A stretch of DNA of 64,000 bases from Auanema rhodensis. Lineage: Eukaryota; Animalia; Nematoda. Location of the stretch: the NCBI GenBank assembly GCA_964057225.1, contig OZ059898.1, positions 3,720,001 to 3,784,000 on the forward strand, written 5' to 3'. Below are positions 23,401 through 38,700 of the stretch, piece after piece. Numbering within the stretch: position 1 is the stretch's first letter; each line of letters starts with the position of its first letter. The position numbers and the translations under genes were made by a program. Below the pieces are notes generated by a model, which was not told the origin of the DNA, did no database searches, and saw only the letters and a program-made list of their open reading frames with translations.

Positions 23401-26400
23401 TCATAACTAATTTTTGTATTGAGCTTTTCTCAATGTAGTATAGTGCATTCGATGCGGATTTTTAAGCTGCGTCGATCTGTGTTATCAGATTTGCGCTAGC
23501 TTGAAAATGCACCGAGATATCAAATGATATAGGTTCACACTTATATCCTCGATTTTCACCCTGAAGAATTAATTTTTTCGTTGAATAACAATGTCCATCG
23601 TCTTTGTCTTGAAAAAAGGAATCTAAAAACATCTACTTTATGTGAAATTATTTGGAAATTTTTCGAGAAAATTTTTGTCAAAATGTTTTTGGAAGCAATT
23701 TTGAGTGTACATGGAAACTCTTTTTCAACTCAACATACAGTAATGCATCATTTTTCAAACGATCATAACTAATTTTTGTATTGAGCTTTTCTCAATGTAG
23801 TATAGTGCATTCGATGCGGATTTTTAAGCTGCGTCGATCTGTGTTATCAGATTTGCGCTAGCTTGAAAATGCACCGAGATATCAAATGATATAGGTTCAC
23901 ACTTATATCCTCGATTTTCACCCTGAAGAATTAATTTTTTCGTTGAATAACAATGTCCATCGTCTTTGTCTTGAAAAAAGGAATCTAAAAACATCTACTT
24001 TATGTGAAATTATTTGGAAATTTTTCGAGAAAATTTTTGTCAAAATGTTTTTGGAAGCAATTTTGAGTGTACATGGAAACTCTTTTTCAACTCAACATAC
24101 AGTAATGCATCATTTTTCAAACGATCATAACTAATTTTTGTATTGAGCTTTTCTCAATGTAGTATAGTGCATTCGATGCGGATTTTTAAGCTGCGTCGAT
24201 CTGTGTTATCAGATTTGCGCTAGCTTGAAAATGCACCGAGATATCAAATGATATAGGTTCACACTTATATCCTCGATTTTCACCCTGAAGAATTAATTTT
24301 TTCGTTGAATAACATTGTCCATCGTCTTTGCCTTGAAAAAAGGAATCTAAAAACATCTACTTTTTATAAAATTATTTGGAAATTTTTCGGGAAAATTTTT
24401 GTCAAAATGTTTTTGGAACCAATTTTGAGTGTACATGGAAACTCTTTTTCAACTCAACATACAGTAATGCATCATTTTTCAAACGATCATAACTAATTTT
24501 TGTATTGAGCTTTTCTCAATGTAGTATAGTGCATTCGATGCGGATTTTTAAGCTGCGTCGATCTGTGTTATCAGATTTGCGCTAGCTTGAAAATGCACCG
24601 AGATATCAAATGATATAGGTTCACACTTATATCCTCGATTTTCACCCTGAAGAATTAATTTTTTCGTTGAATAACAATGTCCATCGTCTTTGTCTTGGAA
24701 AAAGGAATCTAAAAACATCTACTTTTTGTGAAATTATTTGGAAATTTTTCGAGAAAATTTTTGTCAAAATGTTTTTGGAAGCAATTTTGAGTGTACATGG
24801 AAACTCTTTTTCAACTCAACATACAGTAATGCATCATTTTTCAAACGATCATAACTAATTTTTGTATTGAGCTTTTCTCAATGTAGTATAGTGCATTCGA
24901 TGCGGATTTTTAAGCTGCGTCGATCTGTGTTATCAGATTTGCGCTAGCTTGAAAATGCACCGAGATATCAAATGATATAGGTTCACACTTATATCCTCGA
25001 TTTTCACCCTGAAGAATTAATTTTTTCGTTGAATAACAATGTCCATCGTCTTTGTCTTGAAAAAAGGAATCTAAAAACATCTACTTTATGTGAAATTATT
25101 TGGAAATTTTTCGAGAAAATTTTTGTCAAAATGTTTTTGGAAGCAATTTTGAGTGTACATGGAAACTCTTTTTCAACTCAACATACAGTAATGCATCATT
25201 TTTCAAACGATCATAACTAATTTTTGTATTGAGCTTTTCTCAATGTAGTATAGTGCATTCGATGCGGATTTTTAAGCTGCGTCGATCTGTGTTATCAGAT
25301 TTGCGCTAGCTTGAAAATGCACCGAGATATCAAATGATATAGGTTCACACTTATATCCTCGATTTTCACCCTGAAGAATTAATTTTTTCGTTGAATAACA
25401 ATGTCCATCGTCTTTGTCTTGAAAAAAGGAATCTAAAAACATCTACTTTATGTGAAATTATTTGGAAATTTTTCGAGAAAATTTTTGTCAAAATGTTTTT
25501 GGAAGCAATTTTGAGTGTACATGGAAACTCTTTTTCAACTCAACATACAGTAATGCATCATTTTTCAAACGATCATAACTAATTTTTGTATTGAGCTTTT
25601 CTCAATGTAGTATAGTGCATTCGATGCGGATTTTTAAGCTGCGTCGATCTGTGTTATCAGATTTGCGCTAGCTTGAAAATGCACCGAGATATCAAATGAT
25701 ATAGGTTCACACTTATATCCTCGATTTTCACCCTGAAGAATTAATTTTTTCGTTGAATAACAATGTCCATCGTCTTTGTCTTGGAAAAAGGAATCTAAAA
25801 ACATCTACTTTTTGTGAAATTATTCGGAAATTTTTCGGAAAAATTTTTGTCAAAATGTTTTTGGAAGCAATTTTGAGTGTACATGGAAACTCTTTTTCAA
25901 CTCAACATACAGTAATGCATCATTTTTCAAACGATCATAACTAATTTTTGTATTGAGCTTTTCTCAATGTAGTATAGTGCATTCGATGCGGATTTTTAAG
26001 CTGCGTCGATCTGTGTTATCAGATTTGCGCTAGCTTGAAAATGCACCGAGATATCAAATGATATAGGTTCACACTTATATCCTCGATTTTCACCCTGAAG
26101 AATTAATTTTTTCGTTGAATAACAATGTCCATCGTCTTTGTCTTGAAAAAAGGAATCTAAAAACATCTACTTTATGTGAAATTATTTGGAAATTTTTCGA
26201 GAAAATTTTTGTCAAAATGTTTTTGGAAGCAATTTTGAGTGTACATGGAAACTCTTTTTCAACTCAACATACAGTAATGCATCATTTTTCAAACGATCAT
26301 AACTAATTTTTGTATTGAGCTTTTCTCAATGTAGTATAGTGCATTCGATGCGGATTTTTAAGCTGCGTCGATCTGTGTTATCAGATTTGCGCTAGCTTGA

Positions 26401-28411
26401 AAATGCACCGAGATATCAAATGATATAGGTTCACACTTATATCCTCGATTTTCACCCTGAAGAATTAATTTTTTCGTTGAATAACAATGTCCATCGTCTT
26501 TGTCTTGGAAAAAGGAATCTAAAAACATCTACTTTTTGTGAAATTATTCGGAAATTTTTCGGAAAAATTTTTGTCAAAATGTTTTTGGAAGCAATTTTGA
26601 GTGTACATGGAAACTCTTTTTCAACTCAACATACAGTAATGCATCATTTTTCAAACGATCATAACTAATTTTTGTATTGAGCTTTTCTCAATGTAGTATA
26701 GTGCATTCGATGCGGATTTTTAAGCTGCGTCGATCTGTGTTATCAGATTTGCGCTAGCTTGAAAATGCACCGAGATATCAAATGATATAGGTTCACACTT
26801 ATATCCTCGATTTTCACCCTGAAGAATTAATTTTTTCGTTGAATAACAATGTCCATCGTCTTTGTCTTGGAAAAAGGAATCTAAAAACATCTACTTTTTG
26901 TGAAATTATTCGGAAATTTTTCGGAAAAATTTTTGTCAAAATGTTTTTGGAAGCAATTTTGAGTGTACATGGAAACTCTTTTTCAACTCAACATACAGTA
27001 ATGCATCATTTTTCAAACGATCATAACTAATTTTTGTATTGAGCTTTTCTCAATGTAGTATAGTGCATTCGATGCGGATTTTTAAGCTGCGTCGATCTGT
27101 GTTATCAGATTTGCGCTAGCTTGAAAATGCACCGAGATATCAAATGATATAGGTTCACACTTATATCCTCGATTTTCACCCTGAAGAATTAATTTTTTCG
27201 TTGAATAACATTGTCCATCGTCTTTGCCTTGAAAAAAGGAATCTAAAAACATCTACTTTTTATAAAATTATTTGGAAATTTTTCGGGAAAATTTTTGTCA
27301 AAATGTTTTTGGAAGCAATTTTGAGTGTACATGGAAACTCTTTTTCAACTCAACATACAGTAATGCATCATTTTTCAAACGATCATAACTAATTTTTGTA
27401 TTGAGCTTTTCTCAATGTAGTATAGTGCATTCGATGCGGATTTTTAAGCTGCGTCGATCTGTGTTATCAGATTTGCGCTAGCTTGAAAATGCACCGAGAT
27501 ATCAAATGATATAGGTTCACACTTATATCCTCGATTTTCACCCTGAAGAATTAATTTTTTCGTTGAATAACATTGTCCATCGTCTTTGCCTTGAAAAAAG
27601 GAATCTAAAAACATCTACTTTTTATAAAATTATTTGGAAATTTTTCGGGAAAATTTTTGTCAAAATGTTTTTGGAAGCAATTTTGAGTGTACATGGAAAC
27701 TCTTTTTCAACTCAACATACAGTAATGCATCATTTTTCAAACGATCATAACTAATTTTTGTATTGAGCTTTTCTCAATGTAGTATAGTGCATTCGATGCG
27801 GATTTTTAAGCTGCGTCGATCTGTGTTATCAGATTTGCGCTAGCTTGAAAATGCACCGAGATATCAAATGATATAGGTTCACACTTATATCCTCGATTTT
27901 CACCCTGAAGAATTAATTTTTTCGTTGAATAACAATGTCCATCGTCTTTGTCTTGAAAAAAGGAATCTAAAAACATCTACTTTTTGTGAAATTATTCGGA
28001 AATTTTTCGGAAAAATTTTTGTCAAAATGTTTTTGGAAGCAATTTTGAGTGTACATGGAAACTCTTTTTCAACTCAACATACAGTAATGCATCATTTTTC
28101 AAACGATCATAACTAATTTTTGTATTGAGCTTTTCTCAATGTAGTATAGTGCATTCGATGCGGATTTTTAAGCTGCGTCGATCTGTGTTATCAGATTTGC
28201 GCTAGCTTGAAAATGCACCGAGATATCAAATGATATAGGTTCATACTTATATCCTCGATTTTCACCGTGAAGAATTTATTTTTTCGTTGAATAACAATGT
28301 CCATCGTCTTTGTCTTGGAAAAAGGAATCTAAAAACATCTACTTTTTGTGAAATTATTCGGAAAATTTTCGGGAAAATTTTTGTCAAAATGTTTTTGGAA
28401 CCAATTTTGAG
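20448..28411 (+). repeat. Variant domain C: 22 consecutive long (362-bp) monomers
   Basis: ORF starts 20323 to 27925 = 21x362. The one missing ORF (near 21409) is a long monomer with a TAA stop; the insert is visible at about 21549. Confidence 0.93.
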
Positions 28412-31400
28412 TGTACATGGAAACTCAACATACAGTAATGCATCATTTTTCAAACGATCATAACTAATTTTTGTATTGAGCTTTTCTCAATGTAATATAG
28501 TGCATTCGATGCGGATTTTTAAGCTGCGTCGATCTGTGTTATCAGATTTGCGCTAGCTTGAAAATGCACCGAGATATCAAATGATATAGGTTCATACTTA
28601 TATCCTCGATTTTCACCGTGAAGAATTTATTTTTTCGTTGAATAACAATGTCCATCGTCTTTGTCTTGGAAAAAGGAATCTAAAAACATCTACTTTTTGC
28701 TAAATTATCTGGAAATTTTTCGGGAAAATTTTTGTCAAAATGTTTTTGGAAGCAATTTTGAGTGTACATGGAAACTCTTTTTCAACTCAACATACAGTAA
28801 TGCATCATTTTTCAAACGATCATAACTAATTTTTGTATTGAGCTTTTCTCAATGTAATATAGTGCATTCGATGCGGATTTTTAAGCTGCGTCGATCTGTG
28901 TTATCAGATTTGCGCTAGCTTGAAAATGCACCGAGATATCAAATGATATAGGTTCACACTTATATCCTCGATTTTCACCCTGAAGAATTAATTTTTTCGT
29001 TGAATAACAATGTCCATCGTCTTTGTCTTGGAAAAAGGAATCTAAAAACATCTACTTTTTGCTAAATTATCTGGAAATTTTTCGGGAAAATTTTTGTCAA
29101 AATGTTTTTGGAACCAATTTTGAGTGTACATGGAAACTCAACATACAGTAATGCATCATTTTTCAAACGATCATAACTAATTTTTGTATTGAGCTTTTCT
29201 CAATGTAATATAGTGCATTCGATGCGGATTTTTAAGCTGCGTCGATCTGTGTTATCAGATTTGCGCTAGCTTGAAAATGCACCGAGATATCAACTGATAT
29301 AGGTTCACACTTATATCCTCGATTTTCACCTTGAAGAATTAATTTTTTCGTTGAATAACAATGTCCATCGTCTTTGTCTTGAAAAAAGGAATGTAAAAAC
29401 ATCTACTTTTTGCTAAATTATCTGGAAATTTTTCGGGAAAATTTTTGTCAAAATGTTTTTGGAAGCAATTTTGAGTGTACATGGAAACTCTTTTTCAACT
29501 CAACATACAGTAATGCATCATTTTTCAAACGATCATAACTAATTTTTGTATTGAGCTTTTCTCAATGTAGTATAGTGCATTCGATGCGGATTTTTAAGCT
29601 GCGTCGATCTGTGTTATCAGATTTGCGCTAGCTTGAAAATGCACCGAGATATCAAATGATATAGGTTCACACTTATATCCTCGATTTTCACCCTGAAGAA
29701 TTAATTTTTTCGTTGAATAACAATGTCCATCGTCTTTGTCTTGAAAAAAGGAATCTAAAAACATCTACTTTTTGTGAAATTATTCGGAAATTTTTCGGAA
29801 AAATTTTTGTCAAAATGTTTTTGGAAGCAATTTTGAGTGTACATGGAAACTCTTTTTCAACTCAACATACAGTAATGCATCATTTTTCAAACGATCATAA
29901 CTAATTTTTGTATTGAGCTTTTCTCAATGTAGTATAGTGCATTCGATGCGGATTTTTAAGCTGCGTCGATCTGTGTTATCAGATTTGCGCTAGCTTGAAA
30001 ATGCACCGAGATATCAAATGATATAGGTTCACACTTATATCCTCGATTTTCACCCTGAAGAATTAATTTTTTCGTTGAATAACAATGTCCATCGTCTTTG
30101 TCTTGGAAAAAGGAATCTAAAAACATCTACTTTTTGTGAAATTATTCGGAAAATTTTCGGGAAAATTTTTGTCAAAATGTTTTTGGAACCAATTTTGAGT
30201 GTACATGGAAACTCAACATACAGTAATGCATCATTTTTCAAACGATCATAACTAATTTTTGTATTGAGCTTTTCTCAATGTAATATAGTGCATTCGATGC
30301 GGATTTTTAAGCTGCGTCGATCTGTGTTATCAGATTTGCGCTAGCTTGAAAATGCACCGAGATATCAAATGATATAGGTTCATACATATATCCTCGATTT
30401 TCACCGTGAAGAATTTATTTTTTCGTTGAATAACAATGTCCATCGTCTTTGTCTTGGAAAAAGGAATCTAAAAACATCTACTTTTTGCTAAATTATCTGG
30501 AAATTTTTCGGGAAAATTTTTGTCAAAATGTTTTCGGAACCAATTTTGAGTGTACATGGAAACTCAACATACAGTAATGCATCATTTTTCAAACGATCAT
30601 AACTAATTTTTGTATTGAGCTTTTCTCAGTGTAGTATAGTGCATTCAATGCGGATTTTTAAGCTGCGTCGATCTGTGTTATCAGATTTGGGCTAGCTTGA
30701 AAATGCACCGAGATATCAAATGATATAGGTTCACACTTATATCCTCGATTTTCACCCTGAAGAATTATTTTTTTCGTTGAATAACAATGTCCATCGTCTT
30801 TGTCTTGAAAAAAGGAATGTAAAAACATCTACTTTTTGCTAAATTATCTGGAAATTTTTCGGGAAAATTTTTGTCAAAATGTTTTTGGAAGCAATTTTGA
30901 GTGTACATGGAAACTCTTTTTCAACTCAACATACAGTAATGCATCATTTTTCAAACGATCATAACTAATTTTTGTATTGAGCTTTTCTCAGTGTAGTATA
31001 GTGCATTCGATGCGGATTTTTAAGCTGCGTCGATCTGTGTTATCAGATTTGCGCTAGCTTGAAAATGCACCGAGATATCAAATGATATAGGTTCACACTT
31101 ATATCCTCGATTTTCACCCTGAAGAATTAATTTTTTCGTTGAATAACAATGTCCATCGTCTTTGTCTTGAAAAAAGGAATCTAAAAACATCTACTTTATG
31201 TGAAATTATTTGGAAATTTTTCGAGAAAATTTTTGTCAAAATGTTTTTGGAAGCAATTTTGAGTGTACATGGAAACTCTTTTTCAACTCAACATACAGTA
31301 ATGCATCATTTTTCAAACGATCATAACTAATTTTTGTATTGAGCTTTTCTCAATGTAGTATAGTGCATTCGATGCGGATTTTTAAGCTGCGTCGATCTGT

Positions 31401-34400
31401 GTTATCAGATTTGCGCTAGCTTGAAAATGCACCGAGATATCAAATGATATAGGTTCACACTTATATCCTCGATTTTCACCCTGAAGAATTAATTTTTTCG
31501 TTGAATAACAATGTCCATCGTCTTTGTCTTGAAAAAAGGAATCTAAAAACATCTACTTTTTGTGAAATTATTCGGAAATTTTTCGGGAAAATTTTTGTCA
31601 AAATGTTTTTGGAACCAATTTTGAGTGTACATGGAAACTCAACATACAGTAATGCATCATTTTTCAAACGATCATAACTAATTTTTGTATTGAGCTTTTC
31701 TCAATGTAGTATAGTGCATTCGATGCGGATTTTTAAGCTGCGTCGATCTGTGTTATCAGATTTGCGCTAGCTTGAAAATGCACCGAGATATCAAATGATA
31801 TAGGTTCACACTTATATCCTCGATTTTCACCCTGAAGAATTAATTTTTTCGTTGAATAACAATGTCCATCGTCTTTGTCTTGAAAAAAGGAATCTAAAAA
31901 CATCTACTTTTTGTGAAATTATTCGGAAATTTTTCGGAAAAATTTTTGTCAAAATGTTTTTGGAACCAATTTTGAGTGTACATGGAAACTCAACATACAG
32001 TAATGCATCATTTTTCAAACGATCATAACTAATTTTTGTATTGAGCTTTTCTCAATGTAGTATAGTGCATTCGATGCGGATTTTTAAGCTGCGTCGATCT
32101 GTGTTATCAGATTTGCGCTAGCTTGAAAATGCACCGAGATATCAAATGATATAGGTTCACACTTATATCCTCGATTTTCACCGTGAAGAATTTCTTTTTT
32201 CGTTGAATAACAATGTCCATCGTCTTTGTCTGGGAAAAAGGAATCTAAAAACATCTACTTTTTGCTAAATTATCTGGAAATTTTTCGGGAAAATTTTTGT
32301 CAAAATGTTTTTGGAAGCAATTTTGAGTGTACATGGAAATTCAACATACAGTAATGCATCATTTTTCAAACGATCATAACTAATTTTTGTATTGAGCTTT
32401 TCTCAATGTAGTATAGTGCATTCGATGCGGATTTTTAAGCTGCGTCGATCTGTGTTATCAGATTTGCGCTAGCTTGAAAATGCACCGAGATATCAAATGA
32501 TATAGGTTCACACTTATATCCTCGATTTTCACCCTGAAGAATTAATTTTTTCGTTGAATAACAATGTCCATCGTCTTTGTCTTGAAAAAAGGAATCTAAA
32601 AACATCTACTTTTTGTGAAATTATTCGGAAATTTTTCGGAAAAATTTTTGTCAAAATGTTTTTGGAACCAATTTTGAGTGTACATGGAAACTCAACATAC
32701 AGTAATGCATCATTTTTCAAACGATCATAACTAATTTTTGTATTGAGCTTTTCTCAATGTAATATAGTGCATTCGATGCGGATTTTTAAGCTGCGTCGAT
32801 CTGTGTTATCAGATTTGCGCTAGCTTGAAAATGCACCGAGATATCAAATGATATAGGTTCACACTTATATCCTCGATTTTCACCGTGAAGAATTTATTTT
32901 TTCGTTGAATAACAATGTCCATCGTCTTTGTCTTGGAAAAAGGAATCTAAAAACATCTACTTTTTGCTAAATTATCTGGAAATTTTTCGGGAAAATTTTT
33001 GTCAAAATGTTTTTGGAAGCAATTTTGAGTGTACATGGAAATTCAACATACAGTAATGCATCATTTTTCAAACGATCATAACTAATTTTTGTATTGAGCT
33101 TTTCTCAATGTAGTATAGTGCATTCGATGCGGATTTTTAAGCTGCGTCGATCTGTGTTATCAGATTTGCGCTAGCTTGAAAATGCACCGAGATATCAAAT
33201 GATATAGGTTCACACTTATATCCTCGATTTTCACCCTGAAGAATTAATTTTTTCGTTGAATAACAATGTCCATCGTCTTTGTCTTGAAAAAAGGAATCTA
33301 AAAACATCTACTTTTTGTGAAATTATTCGGAAATTTTTCGGGAAAATTTTTGTCAAAATGTTTTTGGAACCAATTTTGAGTGTACATGGAAACTCAACAT
33401 ACAGTAATGCATCATTTTTCAAACGATCATAACTAATTTTTGTATTGAGCTTTTCTCAATGTAGTATAGTGCATTCGATGCGGATTTTTAAGCTGCGTCG
33501 ATCTGTGTTATCAGATTTGCGCTAGCTTGAAAATGCACCGAGATATCAAATGATATAGGTTCACACTTATATCCTCGATTTTCACCCTGAAGAATTAATT
33601 TTTTCGTTGAATAACAATGTCCATCGTCTTTGTCTTGAAAAAAGGAATCTAAAAACATCTACTTTTTGTGAAATTATTTGGAAATTTTTCGGGAAAATTT
33701 TTGTCAAAATGTTTTTGGAAGCAATTTTGAGTGTACATGGAAACTCTTTTTCAACTCAACATACAGTAATGCATCATTTTTCAAACGATCATAACTAATT
33801 TTTGTATTGAGCTTTTCTCAATGTAGTATAGTGCATTCGATGCGGATTTTTAAGCTGCGTCGATCTGTGTTATCAGATTTGCGCTAGCTTGAAAATGCAC
33901 CGAGATATCAAATGATATAGGTTCACACTTATATCCTCGATTTTCACCCTGAAGAATTAATTTTTTCGTTGAATAACAATGTCCATCGTCTTTGTCTTGA
34001 AAAAAGGAATCTAAAAACATCTACTTTATGTGAAATTATTTGGAAATTTTTCGAGAAAATTTTTGTCAAAATGTTTTTGGAAGCAATTTTGAGTGTACAT
34101 GGAAACTCTTTTTCAACTCAACATACAGTAATGCATCATTTTTCAAACGATCATAACTAATCTTTGTATTGAGCTTTTCTCAATGTAGTATAGTGCATTC
34201 GATGCGGATTTTTAAGCTGCGTCGATCTGTGTTATCAGATTTGCGCTAGCTTGAAAATGCACCGAGATATCAAATGATATAGGTTCACACTTATATCCTC
34301 GATTTTCACCCTGAAGAATTAATTTTTTCGTTGAATAACAATGTCCATCGTCTTTGTCTTGAAAAAAGGAATCTAAAAACATCTACTTTATGTGAAATTA

Positions 34401-35700
34401 TCTGGAAATTTTTCGAGAAAATTTTTGTCAAAATGTTTTTGGAAGCAATTTTGAGTGTACATGGAAATTCAACATACAGTAATGCATCATTTTTCAAACG
34501 ATCATAACTAATTTTTGTATTGAGCTTTTCTCAATGTAGTATAGTGCATTCGATGCGGATTTTTAAGCTGCGTCGATCTGTGTTATCTGATTAGCGCTAG
34601 CTTGAAAATGCACCGAGATATCAAATGATATAGGTTCACACTTATATCCTCGATTTTCACCCTGAAGAATTAATTTTTTCGTTGAATAACAATGTCCATC
34701 GTCTTTGTCTTGAAAGAAGGAATCTAAAAACATCTACTTTATGTGAAATTATTTGGAAATTTTTCGAGAAAATTTTTGTCAAAATGTTTTTGGAAGCAAT
34801 TTTGAGTGTACATGGAAACTCTTTTTCAACTCAACATACAGTAATGCATCATTTTTCAAACGATCATAACTAATTTTTGTATTGAGCTTTTCTCAATGTA
34901 GTATAGTGCATTCGATGCGGATTTTTAAGCTGCGTCGATCTGTGTTATCTGATTAGCGCTAGCTTGAAAATGCACCGAGATATCAAATGATATAGGTTCA
35001 CACTTATATCCTCGATTTTCACCCTGAAGAATTAATTTTTTCGTTGAATAACAATGTCCATCGTCTTTGTCTTGAAAGAAGGAATCTAAAAACATCTACT
35101 TTATGTGAAATTATTTGGAAATTTTTCGAGAAAATTTTTGTCAAAATGTTTTTGGAAGCAATTTTGAGTGTACATGGAAATTCAACATACAGTAATGCAT
35201 CATTTTTCAAACGATCATAACTAATTTTTGTATTGAGCTTTTCTCAATGTAGTATAGTGCATTCGATGCGGATTTTTAAGCTGCGTCGATCTGTGTTATC
35301 AGATTTGCGCTAGCTTGAAAATGCACCGAGATATCAACTGATATAGGTTCACACTTATATCCTCGATTTTCACCGTGAAGAATTAATTTTTTCGTTGAAT
35401 AACAATGTCCATCGTCTTTGTCTTGAAAAAAGGAATCTAAAAACATCTACTTTATGTGAAATTATTTGGAAATTTTTCGAGAAAATTTTTGTCAAAATGT
35501 TTTTGGAAGCAATTTTGAGTGTACATGGAAACTCTTTTTCAACTCAACATACAGTAATGCATCATTTTTCAAACGATCATAACTAATTTTTGTATTAAGC
35601 GTTTCTCAATGTAGTATAGTGCATTCGATGCGGATTTTTAAGCTGCGTCGATCTGTGTTATCAGATTTGGGCTAGCTTGAAAATGCACCGAGATATCAAA
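28412..35700 (+). repeat. Transitional domain: interleaved A-, B- and C-type monomers with local 5-mer and dimer duplications
   Basis: The TGCTAAATTATCTGG haplotype reappears sporadically (about 28700, 29061, 29411, 30487, 30838, 32264, 32965). The GAAATTCAAC allele first appears near 32340. Confidence 0.7.
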
Positions 35701-38700
35701 TGATATAGGTTCACACTTATATCCTCGATTTCCACCCTGAAGAATTAATTTTTTCGTTGAATAACAATGTCCATCGTCTTTGTCTTGAAAAAAGGAATCT
35801 AAAAACATCTACTTTTCATAAAATTATTTGGAAATTTTTCGGGAAAATTTTTGTCAAAATGTTTTTGGAACCAATTTTGAGTGTACATGGAAATTCAACA
35901 TACACAAATGCATCATTTTTCAAACGATCATAACTAATTTTTGTATTAAGCGTTTCTCAATGTAGTATAGTGCATTCGATGCGGATTTTTAAGCTGTGTC
36001 GATCTGTGTTATCAGATTTGGGCTAGCTTGAAAATGCACCGAGATATCAACTGATATAGGTTCACACGTATATCCTCGATTTTCACCCTGAAGAATTAAT
36101 TTTTTCGTTGAATAACAATGTCCATCATCTTTGTCTTGAAAAAAGGAATTTAAAAATATCTACTTTTCATAAAATTATTTGGAAATTTTTCGGGAAAATT
36201 TTTGTCAAAATGTTTTTGGAACCAATTTTGAGTGTACATGGAAATTCAACATACAGTAATGCATCATTTTTCAAACGATCATAACTAATTTTTGTATTGA
36301 GCTTTTCTCAATGTAGTATAGTGCATTCGATGCGGATTTTTAAGCTGTGTCGATCTGTGTTATCAGATTTGGGCTAGCTTGAAAATGCACCGAGATATCA
36401 ACTGATATAGGTTCACACGTATATCCTCGATTTTCACCCTGAAGAATTAATTTTTTCGTTGAATAACAATGTCCATCGTCTTTGTCTTGAAAAAAGGAAT
36501 CTAAAAACATCTACTTTATGTGAAATTATTTGGAAATTTTTCGAGAAAATTTTTGTCAAAATGTTTTTGGAAGCAATTTTGAGTGTACATGGAAACTTTT
36601 TTTCAACTCAACATACAGTAATGCATCATTTTTCAAACGATCATAACTAATCTTTGTATTGAGCTTTTCTCAATGTAGTATAGTGCATTCGATGCGGATT
36701 TTTAAGCTGCGTCGATCTGTGTTATCAGATTTGCGCTAGCTTGAAAATGCACCGAGATATCAAATGATATAGGTTCACACTTATATCCTCGATTTTCACC
36801 CTGAAGAATTAATTTTTTCGTTGAATAACAATGTCCATCGTCTTTGTCTTGAAAAAAGGAATCTAAAAACATCTACTTTATGTGAAATTATTTGGAAATT
36901 TTTCGAGAAAATTTTTGTCAAAATGTTTTTGGAAGCAATTTTGAGTGTACATGGAAACTCTTTTTCAACTCAACATACAGTAATGCATCATTTTTCAAAC
37001 GATCATAACTAATTTTTGTATTGAGCTTTTCTCAATGTAGTTTAGTGCATTCGATGCGGATTTTTAAGCTGCGTCGATCTGTGTTATCAGATTTGCGCTA
37101 GCTTGAAAATGCACCGAGATATCAAATGATATAGGTTCACACTTATATCCTCGATTTTCACCCTGAAGAATTAATTTTTTCGTTGAATAACAATGTCCAT
37201 CGTCTTTGTCTTGAAAAAAGGAATCTAAAAATATCTACTTTTCATAAAATTATTTGGAAATTTTTCGGGAAAATTTTTGTCAAAATGTTTTTGGAAGCAA
37301 TTTTGAGTGTACATGGAAACTCTTTTTCAACTCAACATACAGTAATGCATCATTTTTCAAACGATCATAACTAATTTTTGTATTGAGCTTTTCTTAATGT
37401 AGTATAGTGCATTCAATGCGGACTTTTAAGCTGCGTCGATCTGTGTTATCAGATTTGCGCTAGCTTGAAAATGCACCGAGATATCACATGATATAGGTTC
37501 ACACTTATATCCTCGATTTTCACCCTGAAGAATTAATTTTTTCGTTGAATAACACTGTCCATCGTCTTTGTCTTCAAAAAAGGAATCTAAAAACATCTAC
37601 TTTTTATAAAATTATTTGGAAATTTTTCGAGAAAATTTTTGTCAAAATGTTTTTGGAAGCAATTTTGAGTGTACATGGAAACTCTTTTTCAACTCAACAT
37701 ACAGTAATGCATCATTTTTCAAACGATCATAACTAATTTTTGTATTGAGCTTTTCTCAATGTAGTATAGTGCATTCGATGCGGATTTTTAAGCTGCGTCG
37801 ATCTGTGTTATCAGATTTGCGCTAGCTTGAAAATGCACCGAGATATCAAATGATATAGGTTCACACTTATATCCTCGATTTTCACCCTGAAGAATTAATT
37901 TTTTCGTTGAATAACAATGTCCATCGTCTTTGTCTTGAAAAAAGGAATCTAAAAACATCTACTTTTCATAAAATTATTTGGAAATTTTTCGGGAAAATTT
38001 TTGTCAAAATGTTTTTGGAACCAATTTTGAGTGTACATGGAAATTCAACATACACAAATGCATCATTTTTCAAACGATCATAACTAATTTTTGTATTGAG
38101 CTTTTCTCAATGTAGTATAGTGCATTCGATGCGGATTTTCAAGCTGCGTCGATCTGTGTTATCTGATTTGCGCTAGCTTGAAAATGCACCGAGATATCAA
38201 ATGATATAGGTTCACACTTATATCCTCGATTTTCACCCTGAAGAATTAATTTTTTCGTTGAATAACAATGTCCATCGTCTTTGTCTTGAAAAAAGGAATC
38301 TAAAAACATCTACTTTTCATAAAATTATTTGGAAATTTTTCGGGAAAATTTTTGTCAAAATGTTTTTGGAACCAATTTTGAGTGTACATGGAAATTCAAC
38401 ATACACAAATGCATCATTTTTCAAACGATCATAACTAATTTTTGTATTGAGCTTTTCTCAATGTAGTATAGTGCATTCGATGCGGATTTTCAAGCTGCGT
38501 CGATCTGTGTTATCTGATTTGCGCTAGCTTGAAAATGCACCGAGATATCAAATGATATAGGTTCACACTTATATCCTCGATTTTCACCCTGAAGAATTAA
38601 TTTTTTCGTTGAATAACAATGTCCATCGTCTTTGTCTTGAAAAAAGGAATCTAAAAACATCTACTTTTCATAAAATTATTTGGAAATTTTTCGGGAAAAT

